A stretch of 63,996 nucleotides of DNA, the filler included, from Nanobdellati archaeon (GTDB taxonomy: Archaea; Nanobdellota; Nanobdellia; Woesearchaeales; JAADFO01): the NCBI GenBank assembly GCA_013152815.1. It is 4 parts of 4 records of this genome, joined end to end, with 100 filler letters (N's around TTAATTAATTAA, not from the genome) between each part and the next. Parts side by side here need not be neighbours in the genome. Positions count along the whole stretch, not along the records: positions 30,498 to 55,404 come from JAADFO010000027.1; 3 more parts are not named here. One strand, written 5' to 3'. The notes under the pieces were generated by a model that worked only from the letters and a program-made list of their open reading frames with translations, ran no database searches and had not been told where the DNA came from. Position 1 is the stretch's first letter. Every line of letters starts with the position of its first letter. The position numbers and the translations under genes were made by a program. Of the stretch, positions 36,008 through 45,438 are shown one piece after another.

Positions 36008-36694
36008 TCAGTGCTTTTTCGTGCGCTGGAAGACGCGGACAAGGATCATCACGAACAGCCCAGCTGAGATGACATATAACCCATAGGTGATCCCCTGGGA
36101 GATGCGGAGGGTGAAATGCGCCAGAAGGTTGGCAAGCCAGGAGAAGAACAGCATGAGATACAGGAGATACCAGGAGCCCTTCTGTTTCTTCCTCGGCAGC
36201 CTCCGATGGTCCAGCAGGGAGATGATGGTGGCTGCGGTGAAGATGACGATCTGCAGGCCGAAGAGGAACACCCTCATGGTCGGAAGGAAGGTCGCCGCTG
36301 AGATGAGCAAGGCGAAGAGGATGACCAGGCCATGCTGCCCGGCCGGGCTCATCTTCAGCCTCTTCCAGATGACGCTGAAGAGGACATAGAGCACCGCGAC
36401 GGTCCCGGTGAAGATGATGGTGATGCTCGTAACTTCCCTGATCGTCCCGGGCCATATGCCGAGCATGCTCGTCGAGAGCGGGATGAGGATGCGGAGGCCG
36501 AAGGCGACGCCGAAGAAGAGGAAGGCAAGCCTGAAATAGCCTATGCCCTGATGGTTGCTGAGCCGGTACAGCTCCTTGGTCTTCCAGAAGATGACGAAGC
36601 ACAACGTCGCCAGGAGGAGCGCATAGACAAGCTCGACCCCGAAGGTGGCATGCACGAGCAGTCTCGGGCCTCCCATATGCATAGGTCCAAACAT
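36008..36694 (-). CDS. 6-7 TM membrane protein, putative sensor
   Basis: About 228 aa hydrophobic ORF; TTTATATAT about 30 nt upstream; ends 5 nt before the wHTH gene. Confidence 0.75.
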   Translation of the reverse strand: MFGPMHMGGPRLLVHATFGVELVYALLLATLCFVIFWKTKELYRLSNHQGIGYFRLAFLFFGVAFGLRILIPLSTSMLGIWPGTIREVTSITIIFTGTVAVLYVLFSVIWKRLKMSPAGQHGLVILFALLISAATFLPTMRVFLFGLQIVIFTAATIISLLDHRRLPRKKQKGSWYLLYLMLFFSWLANLLAHFTLRISQGITYGLYVISAGLFVMILVRVFQRTKKH

Positions 36695-36905
36695 GGTGGC
36701 ATCGACCCTTCGTACATCGTTGGGATATATAAATTCTGTGGACGGCAAGTCTATCTTTCGTCCTCTTCACCTTTCGAAGCGGAGACCGGAGAAATCGTGC
36801 AACGTTCTTCACTAAGTGAAAAATTTGGCAGAAAAGCAGAGGGTTTCATAACAGCCCCATCATGAGAAAGATTTTTATACTTACTCTATCATGATCGCAT
36901 GATAC

Positions 36906-37136
36906 ATGGAAGAACAAGAAATCATCGTTTTATTAGAAAAATTAAAATTCTGGGAAGATGAGTTCATCTTAAAATATGACAGTGAGGATTTCTGGGAACT
37001 ATTGAAAAGTCTGCCAAAAAGTAAATTTGATAAGCTCAGGATCCTATTTGAAGAAAATATTTCTGATACACGATATCATAAGAAGGCAATTGAGGCCATA
37101 ATCAAGAATATCCAGGATGGTACCTATGGGCTATGA
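36906..37136 (+). CDS. Small ferritin-like (half four-helix bundle) protein
   Basis: 76 aa, helical, E...Y...DTRYH (degenerate ExxH); AT-rich. Confidence 0.6.
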   Translation: MEEQEIIVLLEKLKFWEDEFILKYDSEDFWELLKSLPKSKFDKLRILFEENISDTRYHKKAIEAIIKNIQDGTYGL

Positions 37137-37317
37137 AACGATAAAACAGGCATTTGAAGAAATGTTTGAGATCGAAGCGAGCATGTATGATTCATATGAT
37201 ATGCTCATCGGCGCCATCAAAAACAAAAAGATCAAGCTCATCCTGGAACGGATAAGGGATGATGAAAAAAAACACGAATCAAACGTGAGCGAGATTCTAA
37301 AGATACTGAAGGACTGA
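37126..37317 (+). CDS. Small ferritin/rubrerythrin-like protein
   Basis: EIEASMYDSY...IRDDEKKH (E-x6-Y...ExxH). Confidence 0.75.
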   Translation: MGYETIKQAFEEMFEIEASMYDSYDMLIGAIKNKKIKLILERIRDDEKKHESNVSEILKILKD

Positions 37318-37390
37318 TACCGGCTCAGCTCTCACCGGTCGTAACACCTGATCCTGTCAAGCCATGCCCTGATGAGAAGGGACGCTTCGG

Positions 37391-38485
37391 CTAGAAATCA
37401 GTGAGCTTCTTCTCTTTCCCGTAGCTCACGAACGTCGTCGTACCGTTCGCTCCCCCGGTCTGCTTTTCCGTCGTCACATAGCTGTTGTCGGCAAGCTTCT
37501 TGATCTTGCGCTGGAAAGACTTGTAGTTCAGTTTCCCTCCTCCTGCCTCGTAGAGCCGGAACAGGTCGCCGATCCTCTTGCCTGAATGTCCCTTGACGAT
37601 GTCGAGGATGGTCTGGGTCTCCTCTTCGAGCTGGTCAGAATCCTTGATGGCGAACCTTTCCGCTTTCTTGAGAGCTGTCCCGACGTGCTCGTTCCCGATC
37701 TTTCTCGATGCCTTGTCCTCTGCAGCTATCCCTGCCTCTTTCATGACCTGGAGCCCTGTCCTGATGTCCTCGACCTCGAAGGCCTTGTCCACCACCAGGT
37801 CGAAGGCTTCGTCCTCCCAGACACCGGGGACAAAGGCATATTCTTTCCTCTGGTCGAGGATGTCCCGGGTCGCCCTGGCGCTGTAGGGCTCGAAACGGAC
37901 CATCTCCGGCATGAACCTGCTGCGTATGCGCTCATCCATGCCGGCATACCATTCATCATAGTTCGTTATGAGGATGATGGTCTTTCGGTAGAGCTCTTCA
38001 AGGAGGGTGTAGAGGAAGTCATGGTCATCCACCTTGTCGATCTCATCGAACACCAGGACGACGGATTTCTTGTTTGCTATGCGGACGATCATGCCGAGGA
38101 GTTCGTCGGTCCTCTTGTTCTGGGTCAGCATGTAGCCTATCTGGTGGCAGATGTCCTCTGCTATCTTGAAGGAGGTGTTCTTCTTCCAGCAGTTGATGAA
38201 GACGGTCATGACCTCTGCGGATTCCTCTTCGGGCAGGGTCTCAGACTCATCTTCCAGTATCTGGAGCACATGCCTGGTCAGTGCGGTCTTCCCGATGCCG
38301 GGCTTTCCGGTGAGGATGAGATTCCTTCCGTTGCGTCTCTGGAGCAGGGGCTTGATGGCGTTGATGATAAGGCGTTGTTCAGATTCCCTGTGCGGTATCA
38401 GCTTGGGCTGGAAGGAGAAGTCCAGGGCGATCTCATTCTTGAAGAGCGATTCACCGTCTTTGAGCATGGTATCGAACATGGACAT
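37391..38485 (-). CDS. cdc6: Orc1/Cdc6 replication initiator AAA+ ATPase
   Basis: IPHRE, GKPGIGKT, VFINC, VFDEID, RIRSR, C-terminal wHTH. Confidence 0.93.
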   Translation of the reverse strand: MSMFDTMLKDGESLFKNEIALDFSFQPKLIPHRESEQRLIINAIKPLLQRRNGRNLILTGKPGIGKTALTRHVLQILEDESETLPEEESAEVMTVFINCWKKNTSFKIAEDICHQIGYMLTQNKRTDELLGMIVRIANKKSVVLVFDEIDKVDDHDFLYTLLEELYRKTIILITNYDEWYAGMDERIRSRFMPEMVRFEPYSARATRDILDQRKEYAFVPGVWEDEAFDLVVDKAFEVEDIRTGLQVMKEAGIAAEDKASRKIGNEHVGTALKKAERFAIKDSDQLEEETQTILDIVKGHSGKRIGDLFRLYEAGGGKLNYKSFQRKIKKLADNSYVTTEKQTGGANGTTTFVSYGKEKKLTDF

Positions 38486-38527
38486 GGGTTCTCCGATGAA
38501 GCCTCAATGATACTTATAAGTTGTGTT

Positions 38528-39523
38528 TCATGTTCTCCTGTTTCCGAGTTTTGCACGGTAATACCTTCTGAGCGGATAGGGAGCAGCATTGAATATCTCC
38601 TCGCTGCTCACCAGCTCGGCCAATGCCCGCTCGACCGGGGCATACGGTGTTCTCTGCAGCTGCCGGTACTCCCTTCCCGGGTCATATCTTCCTATCCCTT
38701 CTGCTCTCATGTCCTCGATGGGCATGATGCTCACGGGCATCTCCTGATAGCGTAGCCGGTCAGAGAGATCCTTTATCTTCTTCTGTGCGTTCCTGTTGTC
38801 TTCCAGATGCTCTTTGAGCCGGAGATGATGGTACCTCCGGGAGACCAGGTCAAAGCCCAGGGCAGTCATGCCGTAGAGTGTCGGGAGCATCCAGCCCACC
38901 ATGGCGCCGAAGAGGACCCCGCCGAGGAGATCGTCCGGTGTGGGCAGTGAGCTCATCAGGCCGAGCAGGGCTCCTGTCGTGGTGGTCAACCGCCGCACAT
39001 AGCTGAACGGCTTGCCGATGATGGGGACGCTGGATGGGACAAAGGGGAGGATGAGGGTCGTCAGGTACCATGCTTTCTTCTTCTTCGGCAGCCGGGGGTC
39101 GAAGGTGGTATCCACCGGATAGTGCTCGAGCATGGCCTCTACTTTTCCGGCCAACCGGGCATAGAACGGTTCCGGGCGTTCTGGTCTCTCGATCAGGTAG
39201 ATTGCTGCGCTTACCTGGCCAGAGGGGACTCCCTCTTCCAGGATCCTCTCCAGCCCTTCCAGATGGAGAAATGTCGTCCCGTTGCCGATAGGAAGGGCCA
39301 CAAAGGTGAGGGTGTCGTCGATGGGGGTGCGTCTGCGGGGCCGCCGGGTCAACCTCCGGGGATGGCGCTCTTCTGGTTGTTGTCCTGGTTGTTGTCCCGA
39401 CACACCATAGGATGCCGGTTGCGTCGCCGGTCCTGTCCGGCGCCGCGTCAGGACGCTCTGGCGCAGCCGTCGCTTATCTGCTCTCAGCATCCTTCTGGTC
39501 GGTTCATCAGGCTGCGGTTCCAT
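38528..39523 (-). CDS. Hypothetical membrane protein with Arg-rich N-terminus
   Basis: 331-aa ORF with 2-3 hydrophobic segments. Confidence 0.6.
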   Translation of the reverse strand: MEPQPDEPTRRMLRADKRRLRQSVLTRRRTGPATQPASYGVSGQQPGQQPEERHPRRLTRRPRRRTPIDDTLTFVALPIGNGTTFLHLEGLERILEEGVPSGQVSAAIYLIERPERPEPFYARLAGKVEAMLEHYPVDTTFDPRLPKKKKAWYLTTLILPFVPSSVPIIGKPFSYVRRLTTTTGALLGLMSSLPTPDDLLGGVLFGAMVGWMLPTLYGMTALGFDLVSRRYHHLRLKEHLEDNRNAQKKIKDLSDRLRYQEMPVSIMPIEDMRAEGIGRYDPGREYRQLQRTPYAPVERALAELVSSEEIFNAAPYPLRRYYRAKLGNRRT

Positions 39524-39747
39524 GACTCCCTGAGCGTTCTACGCAAGAAATAGGTTGGGCAGGGTTCCTCGTCCCTGTTTCCCGGGCGGCGGAACCTTTC
39601 TTTCCTGGTCGGGAGCGTTCTGTGCCCGCTTTTGTATGCTCCGGAACTTTTTTGAGGGATGCGGTATTCTTCTGTCGTCCTTCTGCTGCCCGTCGCAGGG
39701 CTTCAGCGCTTTCACGAGCCTCCTGTCAGCGTCCTTATCCAGCGACC

Positions 39748-41919
39748 TTATCCTATGGCAGAAGGAAGGATCTTTGTCGCGATCGTATTGAAGATGACCA
39801 TGATGACCGTAGCTATGATGGCGTAGGTCAGGGGAGATCTCATCATGTTCCTGCCGATGAGGAAGCGTTCATTGAGCTTGTCCGACCCGTTCTCGATGCC
39901 GTTGGCGAGGATGGTGAGGATGTAGACGATCTGCACCACGTAGAGGCCGACGATGATCTGGAAATAATAGGTGGGGATGCCGTCACCGAAGAGGTTTCCC
40001 AGTCCGCCTCCTGCGATGGCTCCTCCTCCGGCCGCTCCCACCTGGGCAGTCTTTATCTGTTCCCCCAGCTTTCCCAGGATGGTCATGACCATGGAGGTGA
40101 TGCCGATGACGATGCCTGCGATGACCGGCGTGAGGAAGGTGATCTGGGACTTCATGGAGGAGATGACGTCTGCCAGCAGGTCCTTGAGCCGTTCGTTGAC
40201 CCGATGGATCTCCTTGATGTAACGGGCGATGTTGAGGAGCGCCTGGGCCGCTATCCTGGGCCCTTTCTTGGCGCTCTCGATGAGCACCTTCATGGAACTC
40301 TCGATGATGTTCGACGGGAAGTCCTTCAACGCCCCATGCTCCTCGTCGAAGATGGCCCTGTCCACATTCATGCCCCCTCTCCGTATCTTCCCGTCCACCT
40401 CGCTGAAGAACTCGCCCGAGACCGTGCCTTCCATGATCTTCGCCACCTTGCCGAAGGCGACCTCCACCGGGATGCCGTCTCCGAGACGGTTGCCCATCTG
40501 GAACAGCGCAGAAGCAAACTCGTTCTCCAGCTTCTTCGCCTTGTCCCGTATCTTGAGGACGTTCTTGCTCGTCAACTTGTAGTAGATGCCTATGGCGATG
40601 CCGAAGGCGAGGGGGATGGCGATGGAGAGGATGCTCGCGCCCAGACCGTAGGGGCCTATCTCCTTGCCGGTGGTCTTCGATATGCGGTATCCCAGGAGGT
40701 CGGCACCGAAGAACTCCGCATGTTCCATGCCGATGGTGTGGAGGATGACGGGTGTGAGTCCGATGATGCCCATGACGAGAAGGATGCCTGCCGACAGGTA
40801 GATGGGCGAGACCAGCAGGGTGAATCCCCCTATCCTGACCTGGATCTTCTTCTTGTCCTTGAGCCCGGGGATGTATTCTGAGATGTCCACGTCACCATAG
40901 CCGGTCGGCCTTCTTGCCAGGATATTCTTTCCCATGTAGAAGACGCTGATGGGCAGGATGACATTGTACAGCGTCGCCAGGTGATACCAGCGGATGCCGT
41001 CCATGAACGAGACCACCATGGGCAGGATGACAAGCCCGAGGATCGGCAGGATGATGCCCAGCATGTGGAGCATGGTGATGGGACTCTTGAGGTTCTGCGC
41101 ATAATGGAGCATCTTCTCATAGGTCTCGGTGAGGATGACGTCGAGGGCCTTGTCGAGCAGGGTCAACCTCCTGTCGTTGCCGCTCTCGTAGAGCGAGCTC
41201 TCGACAAGATGGATTGCCTCGATGAACTCCATGTTCCACTTCCTCCAGGACTCCAGGTAGAGGTCCAGTGATTCCTTGATGGACTCGTACTTCTCGGTCT
41301 CCACATCCCAGAGGATCTTGCGGAAGTCCAACGCCAGCGGGCCGCTGATGTGCTGGGACGCAAAGTTCAGCGCATTCTCGAGATTGGACGTATGCCGCAT
41401 ATAGGTGACGATATAGAACACAGCAAGCACCATCTGGTTGGATGCGCTCATCCTCCAGTTGTTGGCGAACATCTGAGGGAGCTTTCCGAAGACCATCATG
41501 AGGACCAGCCCGGTGATGACCATGATGAAGATGAAGAAGGAGCTCTGGAACAGGGCGTAGGTGATCAACGATCCGAAGATGACCACCAGCAGGGGAAGGA
41601 GGATGGAGAAGCTCGTGACCCCTGCGGGAGTGATGTTGAGATGGGTCACATCGATGGATTCCTGTATCAGGGCGGCTTTCTTCTTGTCCGGCTTCACCTG
41701 CAGGATCTTTTCCGCGATGTTGCAGGCCTTTTCATAATACGTGAACTTGGCAGGCAGGATATCCTGCTTGAACTGGTCGTATTCTGTGGTGGATATCTCG
41801 TCTATCCAGCTCTCTTCGGGCTTCTTCGCTATCCGATCATCCAACCTCTTTCGGTACTTGAGGACAAGCTCTTCGACCTGTTCCTTCACCTCATCCTTCT
41901 TCGGCTGCTGTTTGCCCAT
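39748..41919 (-). CDS. Type IV pilus/T2SS-F membrane platform protein (ArlJ/TadC-like, duplicated)
   Basis: Two cytoplasmic T2SSF-like domains (SNLENAL; GIPVEVAF) with TM clusters; directly downstream of the secretion ATPase. Confidence 0.85.
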   Translation of the reverse strand: MGKQQPKKDEVKEQVEELVLKYRKRLDDRIAKKPEESWIDEISTTEYDQFKQDILPAKFTYYEKACNIAEKILQVKPDKKKAALIQESIDVTHLNITPAGVTSFSILLPLLVVIFGSLITYALFQSSFFIFIMVITGLVLMMVFGKLPQMFANNWRMSASNQMVLAVFYIVTYMRHTSNLENALNFASQHISGPLALDFRKILWDVETEKYESIKESLDLYLESWRKWNMEFIEAIHLVESSLYESGNDRRLTLLDKALDVILTETYEKMLHYAQNLKSPITMLHMLGIILPILGLVILPMVVSFMDGIRWYHLATLYNVILPISVFYMGKNILARRPTGYGDVDISEYIPGLKDKKKIQVRIGGFTLLVSPIYLSAGILLVMGIIGLTPVILHTIGMEHAEFFGADLLGYRISKTTGKEIGPYGLGASILSIAIPLAFGIAIGIYYKLTSKNVLKIRDKAKKLENEFASALFQMGNRLGDGIPVEVAFGKVAKIMEGTVSGEFFSEVDGKIRRGGMNVDRAIFDEEHGALKDFPSNIIESSMKVLIESAKKGPRIAAQALLNIARYIKEIHRVNERLKDLLADVISSMKSQITFLTPVIAGIVIGITSMVMTILGKLGEQIKTAQVGAAGGGAIAGGGLGNLFGDGIPTYYFQIIVGLYVVQIVYILTILANGIENGSDKLNERFLIGRNMMRSPLTYAIIATVIMVIFNTIATKILPSAIG

Positions 41920-41972
41920 GGTCCTCTGGTCTTCCCGTCCTCTCTCCTTTTCTCTCTTCCCTTTAGGTCTCT

Positions 41973-44273
41973 TTATGTCTCTTCTTCCTTCTTCTCCATC
42001 TGCTTCACCCTGGTCTTGAGCCAGTCGTTCCACTGGGTGAAGATCTGTTTCGGGTCCAGGGACCCGACCTCCTCCTGCACATCCTCGGCGATGGTGTGAT
42101 ACTTGTCATTGGACTCGATGACGAAGGGAGCTTCCAGGAGTTCCTGCTGTCCGAGCTTCTCGGCCGTATCCACCAATGTTCCCTTGAGCCTGGCCCTGAG
42201 CATGATGTTGTCCCAGACCGCATCCCAGTTGCCTGCAAATTCCTTGATGTTGCCTGCGATGATCTTGAGGATCTCAGACTCTCCGTTGTTCAGGGCATCG
42301 GTCGGCAGGAGCTTGTCCGCCTTCACATCATATTTCATGAGGTCCATGAACGCCCCTTCCAGGCTGGGGTCGTTCTCCCATTTCTTGCCCACCTCGGTGA
42401 TCTGGAGCACCCTCCGGAAGCGATGGAGACCGTCCGCCGACTTGATGGGATTGACCGTCACGATGATGTCCGTCGCCTTGAAGCTGGTCTTGGGGACGCC
42501 GATGTCGTTGACCACACGGTCATAGACCCCGTAGGGCGAGTCGCCGTGGATGGTCCCTGCCACCACGTTCGCGGCAGCACCGACACGCATGGCCTCATAG
42601 AGAGCGACTGCCTCTGCGCTTCTCACCTCGCCGACGATGAGCGATGAATCGCCCAGACGCAGCGTCGCCCTGATGCCGTCCGATGCCGACATCTCCGAGG
42701 AGTCATGGGAGAGGGCCGAGGCCACTTTCATGGACTGGACATTGAAGCCCAGCTTGCGGAGGGAACTGGTGGGCAGTTCCAGGGTGTCTTCGATGGTGAT
42801 GATGCGATAGCGGCGCATGATCTCCACCAGCATCGAAGAGAGGAAGGACGATTTTCCTGAGCTTCGGGTGCCGGCGACAAGGAGAGAACGTGTCCCGTCG
42901 ATGAGGAAGCTGATGAGGCCTGCGCCGATCTCATCGATCATCCTGTTGTGGATGAAGAGCGGCAGGGTCCAGGGCTTGTCCCGATGGCGCCGGAAGGAGA
43001 AGGCCAGTCCTGTCGGGTTCAGGGGGGCGGTGATGGCCGAGACTCTCGTGGAGGCTCCCGGCAGCTCCAGCTCGGTGTCCAGGATGGGATTGGCCTCGTC
43101 GAGAGACCTTCCTGAGATCATCCTGAGCTTGGTGGCCCATGACTCGGCATCGGTCTTCGTCGGGATGATGTTGGTCTTGCAGTCTTCATAGGTCTGATGG
43201 ACGATGAAGAGGGGGATCTGGCCCAGCGGAGAGTTGATGGAGATGTCCTGGATGAGCTCGTCCTGGAGCAACACCTCTATCAGTCCGAAGCCGACGGTAT
43301 ACCTGATGAGGATGTTCGTCAACTTGTCTATCTCCTTGCTCCGCAGCTTGATGCCCTTGTTCGTGGCCAGCTCCTCCAGCAGGTCATGGCCTACATTGGA
43401 GAAGATCTGCCGCATCCTGCTCGGGTCGACGAATTCGGACCGTTTGGGCTTGTGCTCCGCCATGATGCGCCGGGCCATGTCCAGGAGGTCGTATTTCTCC
43501 TCTTCCAGCTTGAATTCAGGCGGCATCATATGATAGAGCGTCTGGACCGAGTTCGGCAGCCGGAAGATGGTGATCTCTGTGTCGTCCTGGAGCGTATAGT
43601 TGTCCAGCTCTTCCCCGTCAGGGGGGAACATGGCCATGAGCTTGGTGAACATGAAATCCGGCTTTATGGTCGGAGCGAAGATCTTCCGGTAGGCTGTGCG
43701 ATCGCCTATCCTGTGGCCTGCGAGGTAAGGCTTCGCAAGGACGATGATCTTGCACCTGCCTATCCTGGTCTGCAGGATCCTGACCAGGCCTATGAATTTC
43801 CTGATGCATGATTTGGCTCCTGCATCTTCCGTGTTCTCGCTCTCGATGAGCGCTTCTCTCATGATGCGGGAGAGTTCCACATAGGCACTGAGCGGGTCGC
43901 TCCGGAGAAGGTTATGGATGATGGTCTGGAGCTGGGTGAACCAGGTCATGGCCCTGCCCTGGCAGGCTCCGCCGAAGGTCAGCGCATTATAGGAATAGGC
44001 CTGCTTCTGCTTCGCAAGCTCATTGTAAAGCTTGGCGAGCTCCACCAGGAGCTGGGTCTGGAAATAGTTGTATTCATAGTCCCGCTTATGGGCAAGGACG
44101 ATCTTGGTGATGGCGGTCGATTCTGCCAGTTTGTCGATGATGTCCTGCATGGCCTGGGGGCTGTCCTCGATGGACGGGCCATAGTTCTTGTCCTTGCAGT
44201 TCACCCGGAGGATGTTGTCCTCTCCTTCCCTGATGATCTCATAGTCCTCTCCTCCTGCGCCGGGAAACATCAT
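41973..44273 (-). CDS. Type II/IV secretion (pilus assembly) ATPase, ArlI/TadA-like
   Basis: GTRSSGKS, TIEDTLEL, LIVGEVR, GTIHG. Confidence 0.93.
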   Translation of the reverse strand: MMFPGAGGEDYEIIREGEDNILRVNCKDKNYGPSIEDSPQAMQDIIDKLAESTAITKIVLAHKRDYEYNYFQTQLLVELAKLYNELAKQKQAYSYNALTFGGACQGRAMTWFTQLQTIIHNLLRSDPLSAYVELSRIMREALIESENTEDAGAKSCIRKFIGLVRILQTRIGRCKIIVLAKPYLAGHRIGDRTAYRKIFAPTIKPDFMFTKLMAMFPPDGEELDNYTLQDDTEITIFRLPNSVQTLYHMMPPEFKLEEEKYDLLDMARRIMAEHKPKRSEFVDPSRMRQIFSNVGHDLLEELATNKGIKLRSKEIDKLTNILIRYTVGFGLIEVLLQDELIQDISINSPLGQIPLFIVHQTYEDCKTNIIPTKTDAESWATKLRMISGRSLDEANPILDTELELPGASTRVSAITAPLNPTGLAFSFRRHRDKPWTLPLFIHNRMIDEIGAGLISFLIDGTRSLLVAGTRSSGKSSFLSSMLVEIMRRYRIITIEDTLELPTSSLRKLGFNVQSMKVASALSHDSSEMSASDGIRATLRLGDSSLIVGEVRSAEAVALYEAMRVGAAANVVAGTIHGDSPYGVYDRVVNDIGVPKTSFKATDIIVTVNPIKSADGLHRFRRVLQITEVGKKWENDPSLEGAFMDLMKYDVKADKLLPTDALNNGESEILKIIAGNIKEFAGNWDAVWDNIMLRARLKGTLVDTAEKLGQQELLEAPFVIESNDKYHTIAEDVQEEVGSLDPKQIFTQWNDWLKTRVKQMEKKEEET

Positions 44274-44422
44274 GGTTGCCGCCCCTGTGTCCTGCTCTCT
44301 TTTTGGAGCGATTCGGTGACCGCCTGGTTGATGAACTCCTCCAGGATGATGCCCCGGAGCGCACAGGATGCCTTCATCTGCCGATGGATGTCGTCGGGCA
44401 GCTCGATGTTGATGCGGCCCAT
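44270..44422 (-). CDS. Ribbon-helix-helix micro-protein, 50 aa (not in ORF track)
   Basis: MGRINIELPDDIHRQMKASCALRGIILEEFINQAVTESLQKESRTQGRQP*; AGGAGG SD; stop overlaps the ATPase start. Confidence 0.85.
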   Translation of the reverse strand: MGRINIELPDDIHRQMKASCALRGIILEEFINQAVTESLQKESRTQGRQP

Positions 44423-44553
44423 CAGTGTAGCCTCCTGAGCTTGGAAACTACCGCTGTCCTGATGTACTCTCCCAGGGTCTCTCCTCTGAGGGCACAGGCT
44501 GACTTGACCTGCCGATGAAGGTCATCTTTGAGGATGATATTGACGCGTCCCAT
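44422..44553 (-). CDS. Ribbon-helix-helix micro-protein, 43 aa, paralog of the adjacent gene (not in ORF track)
   Basis: MGRVNIILKDDLHRQVKSACALRGETLGEYIRTAVVSKLRRLH*; TGATG overlap. Confidence 0.85.
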   Translation of the reverse strand: MGRVNIILKDDLHRQVKSACALRGETLGEYIRTAVVSKLRRLH

Positions 44554-44573
44554 CTTTTTGTCGATATGTTATA

Positions 44574-44616
44574 TTAGTTAACTTAATTATGTTTGTTATC
44601 TTACTTAGCTAACTTA
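44574..44616. promoter_or_regulatory. Putative RHH operator repeats
   Basis: TTAGTTAACTTA (44574-44585) and TTAGCTAACTTA (44605-44616), 31 bp apart in AT-rich DNA. Confidence 0.55.
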
Positions 44617-44792
44617 TAACTATGGGCTGTCTCCTTTATATATTTTTGGGATGGTCGGGCTTTTCGGGCAGGAAGCCATCGTTATCCTGAACGGCTTTGT
44701 AGAAAGTGAGGTCAGCATCCTTTGCGAGGCCAACTTTCCAAAGAGCCGTCCTGAACACAAGCTTTATATTGAGGAATCACCAGAGAGGCCCT

Positions 44793-45272
44793 ATGTCAGC
44801 GAACACAGGCCTGTTCTCCAAGAAGGCACCGGCAGCCCAGCAGCCACCCAGGCCTTCCAAGCCAGGACTCTTCTCTTCCAAGAAGACAGCCTCTTCTGTC
44901 GATCCGGTAAAACTCTCCAACGATCTTGCCAGCCTCTCTTCCCGTATCAGGATCATCGAGGAGCGCTATGACAACCTGCGCCGCAAGACCCAGGTGACCG
45001 ACCAGAACATGCTGATGAACCACCGAAAGGCCCTGAACGAGACCAAGATCCTCCATGACAATGTCACCGAGATCAAGCGGGAGATCATGGAGATCAAGGA
45101 CAAGATACGCATGATCATCAAGGACCTCAACGATTCAGCGAGGAAAGAGGACATCCTGGTCCTCCAGAAATATATCAATCTCTGGGAGCCGGTCAATTTC
45201 GTGACCCGGAACGAAGTGAAGACCCTCATCCATGAGGAACTCGAGTCCCTGGGCCAGGAAGAGGATTCCTGA
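44793..45272 (+). CDS. Coiled-coil hypothetical protein
   Basis: Heptad-rich, ends KYINLWEPVNFVTRNEV; TATA near 44763. Confidence 0.75.
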   Translation: MSANTGLFSKKAPAAQQPPRPSKPGLFSSKKTASSVDPVKLSNDLASLSSRIRIIEERYDNLRRKTQVTDQNMLMNHRKALNETKILHDNVTEIKREIMEIKDKIRMIIKDLNDSARKEDILVLQKYINLWEPVNFVTRNEVKTLIHEELESLGQEEDS

Positions 45273-45438
45273 ACAGGCGACACTCTTCCAGGCGATCGGA
45301 CCGTCCAAGAAGCAAAAAGTATATATACCATCAATGGAGCAATGAATCCATACCACTTTATATACAGCGGTCCATATATACGGCGGTCCATCTGTGGCTG
45401 TTCCCCGACGGGCGCTGATGATCAAAAAGAGGAGGAAC

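Noticed and set aside
36750..38530. Replication origin next to cdc6
   Set aside because: No repeated ORB-like boxes found; the AT-rich stretch is occupied by two small ORFs
39622..40881. Long plus-strand ORF (419 aa) and similar antisense ORFs (37586..38755, 22556..23572, 19225..20037)
   Set aside because: Shadow frames of well-supported genes on the opposite strand, caused by biased codon usage
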